From NCBI GenBank assembly GCA_049686695.1, contig JBAVIH010000097.1, positions 1 to 60,443 on the forward strand: a DNA stretch of 60,443 bases, written 5' to 3'. Under the pieces are notes generated by a model. The model was not told the origin of the DNA and ran no database searches. It was given only the letters and a program-made list of their open reading frames with translations. This DNA comes from Bryobacteraceae bacterium. GTDB taxonomy: Bacteria > Acidobacteriota > Terriglobia > Bryobacterales > Bryobacteraceae. The translations under genes were made by a program, and so were the position numbers. This document shows positions 59,808-60,443 of the stretch, piece after piece; the first letter of the stretch is position 1; each line of letters starts with the position of its first letter.

Positions 59808-60340
59808 GGCGCGTCGCGGTCGAGATTCGGGTCGGCCTCGGTTCCTGCGGCGTCGCCAGCGGCGCCGAGCCGGTGCGCGATGCGCTCGAACGGGCGGCGA
59901 AGGAGGCCGGCGCCAACGGCATCGTTAAGACGGTCGGTTGCAATGGGATGTGCCACCGCGAGCCGCTGGTGGAAGTGGTCGAATCGGACGGCGCCGTCGC
60001 GCTGTATGGCAATGTGACCGCGGAGACCGCCCAGCAGATCGCCCGCAGGCATATCCGCCCCAGACACGTTTCTACTTGGGTGCGATGGAGAGTGGACGGA
60101 CTGAAGGGTTCGCAGGCGGGGTACCCTCTGGGTCCGCCTGTCCCACCTTGGGGATACGGGACTTCCAGATGTGGAGGGCTTGGCCGCGGAAAGTGGTGGA
60201 TGCGCCGGGCCAGGGCTGCAAACCGCGCACGCGATTGTGAATCGACTGCGCGGGCTGGCTCCAGTCCACGATCCCATCTTCTTTCTTCAGCAGGCGTGCG
60301 TAGGTGGCCTGCGATGAGTCCTGCTTCTGAGGAACGATAG
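59804..60340 (+). pseudogene. NuoF/HydB-type N-terminal thioredoxin-like [2Fe-2S] domain; the rest of the ORF is non-homologous (truncated gene remnant?)
   Basis: The first 86 or so aa ('IRVGLGSCGVASGA...VKTVGCNGMCHREPLVEVV...ALYGNVTAETAQQIARRHI') look genuine. Beyond about 60062 the translation is Arg/Trp/Gly-rich nonsense and lies antisense to fmt. No FMN/NADH-binding domain follows. Confidence 0.45.
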
Positions 60341-60443
60341 TCCCGGCCGCCAGGCCGGCGAGCGTTTCCACTAGCAGATCCGCGCCCATGGCGGCCAGGC
60401 GTGCCCCGAGCTCGACGGCGTTCTCATCCGGCCCGATCTCGGT
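60072..60443 (-). CDS. fmt: Methionyl-tRNA formyltransferase, partial (5' end beyond window; 3' end apparently truncated)
   Basis: '...ELGARLAAMGADLLVETLAGLAAGTIVPQKQDSSQATYARLLKKEDGIVDWSQPAQSIHNRVRGLQPWPGASTTFRGQALHIWKSR' matches the Fmt linker and start of the C-terminal domain. Only about 26 aa follow 'IWKSRIP', whereas E. coli Fmt has roughly 65. Confidence 0.75.
   Translation of the reverse strand, partial: TEIGPDENAVELGARLAAMGADLLVETLAGLAAGTIVPQKQDSSQATYARLLKKEDGIVDWSQPAQSIHNRVRGLQPWPGASTTFRGQALHIWKSRIPKVGQADPEGTPPANPSVRPLSIAPK

Noticed and set aside
59804-60340. Treating the full 178-aa ORF as an intact gene
   Set aside because: Only the first 86 or so residues resemble the NuoF/HydB N-terminal 2Fe-2S domain. 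The remainder overlaps fmt antisense for about 270 nt and is compositionally aberrant, so it is reported as a probable remnant instead.

Overview
This is a high-GC bacterial chromosomal window. REP-like repeats and many 'DWPQFRG' beta-propeller paralogs suggest an Acidobacteria/Bryobacter-Solibacter-like origin, but that is inference only. I support about 55 protein genes and found no rRNA, tRNA, CRISPR array, integrase or transposase. All family calls rest on reading motifs in the supplied translations; no BLAST or HMM search was possible.

Main blocks, in order:
1. A split BcrA/BadF-type CoA-enzyme activase (1.5-5.8 kb).
2. Two diverged higBA toxin-antitoxin pairs (6 kb and 23 kb).
3. A tightly coupled operon for an ACIII/Qrc-like quinone-interacting complex: pentaheme cytochrome c, a short TAT-exported molybdopterin-family subunit, a 4Fe-4S subunit and an NrfD subunit. 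It is bracketed by two Cys-rich, apparently non-lipoylatable GcvH-fold proteins (7.2-13.6 kb).
4. A rubrerythrin / HdrD-like / DUF3501 triad.
5. Kgd-type 2-oxoglutarate dehydrogenase E1.
6. A lower-GC islet with an SDH-family Clp-fold serine protease.
7. A KdpD/KdpE-like two-component pair.
8. A LysR regulator divergent from a 10-gene, 14-kb translationally coupled operon. The operon combines MetF and MetV, HdrC and HdrB, a 1498-aa HdrA-GltD-HdrA fusion (HdrL-like), two MvhD-like proteins, and all three archaeal-type glutamate-synthase modules plus a degenerate FMN-domain paralog (28.7-42.9 kb). I consider this the best candidate for an undescribed system: a flavin-based electron-bifurcating GOGAT/MTHFR-type complex.
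9. A glycosyltransferase and a MacB-like ABC exporter.
10. A phd-vapC pair.
11. Two divergent operons. One holds four PQQ-like beta-propeller proteins plus an ankyrin protein. The other holds a fifth propeller, an NHL propeller, NapG/NapH-like proteins and membrane-anchored NuoE-like redox proteins. It ends in a truncated NuoF-like gene abutting a 3'-truncated fmt at the window edge.

Several REP/MITE-like palindromic repeats occur. One is inserted in frame in sucA and one encloses a start codon.
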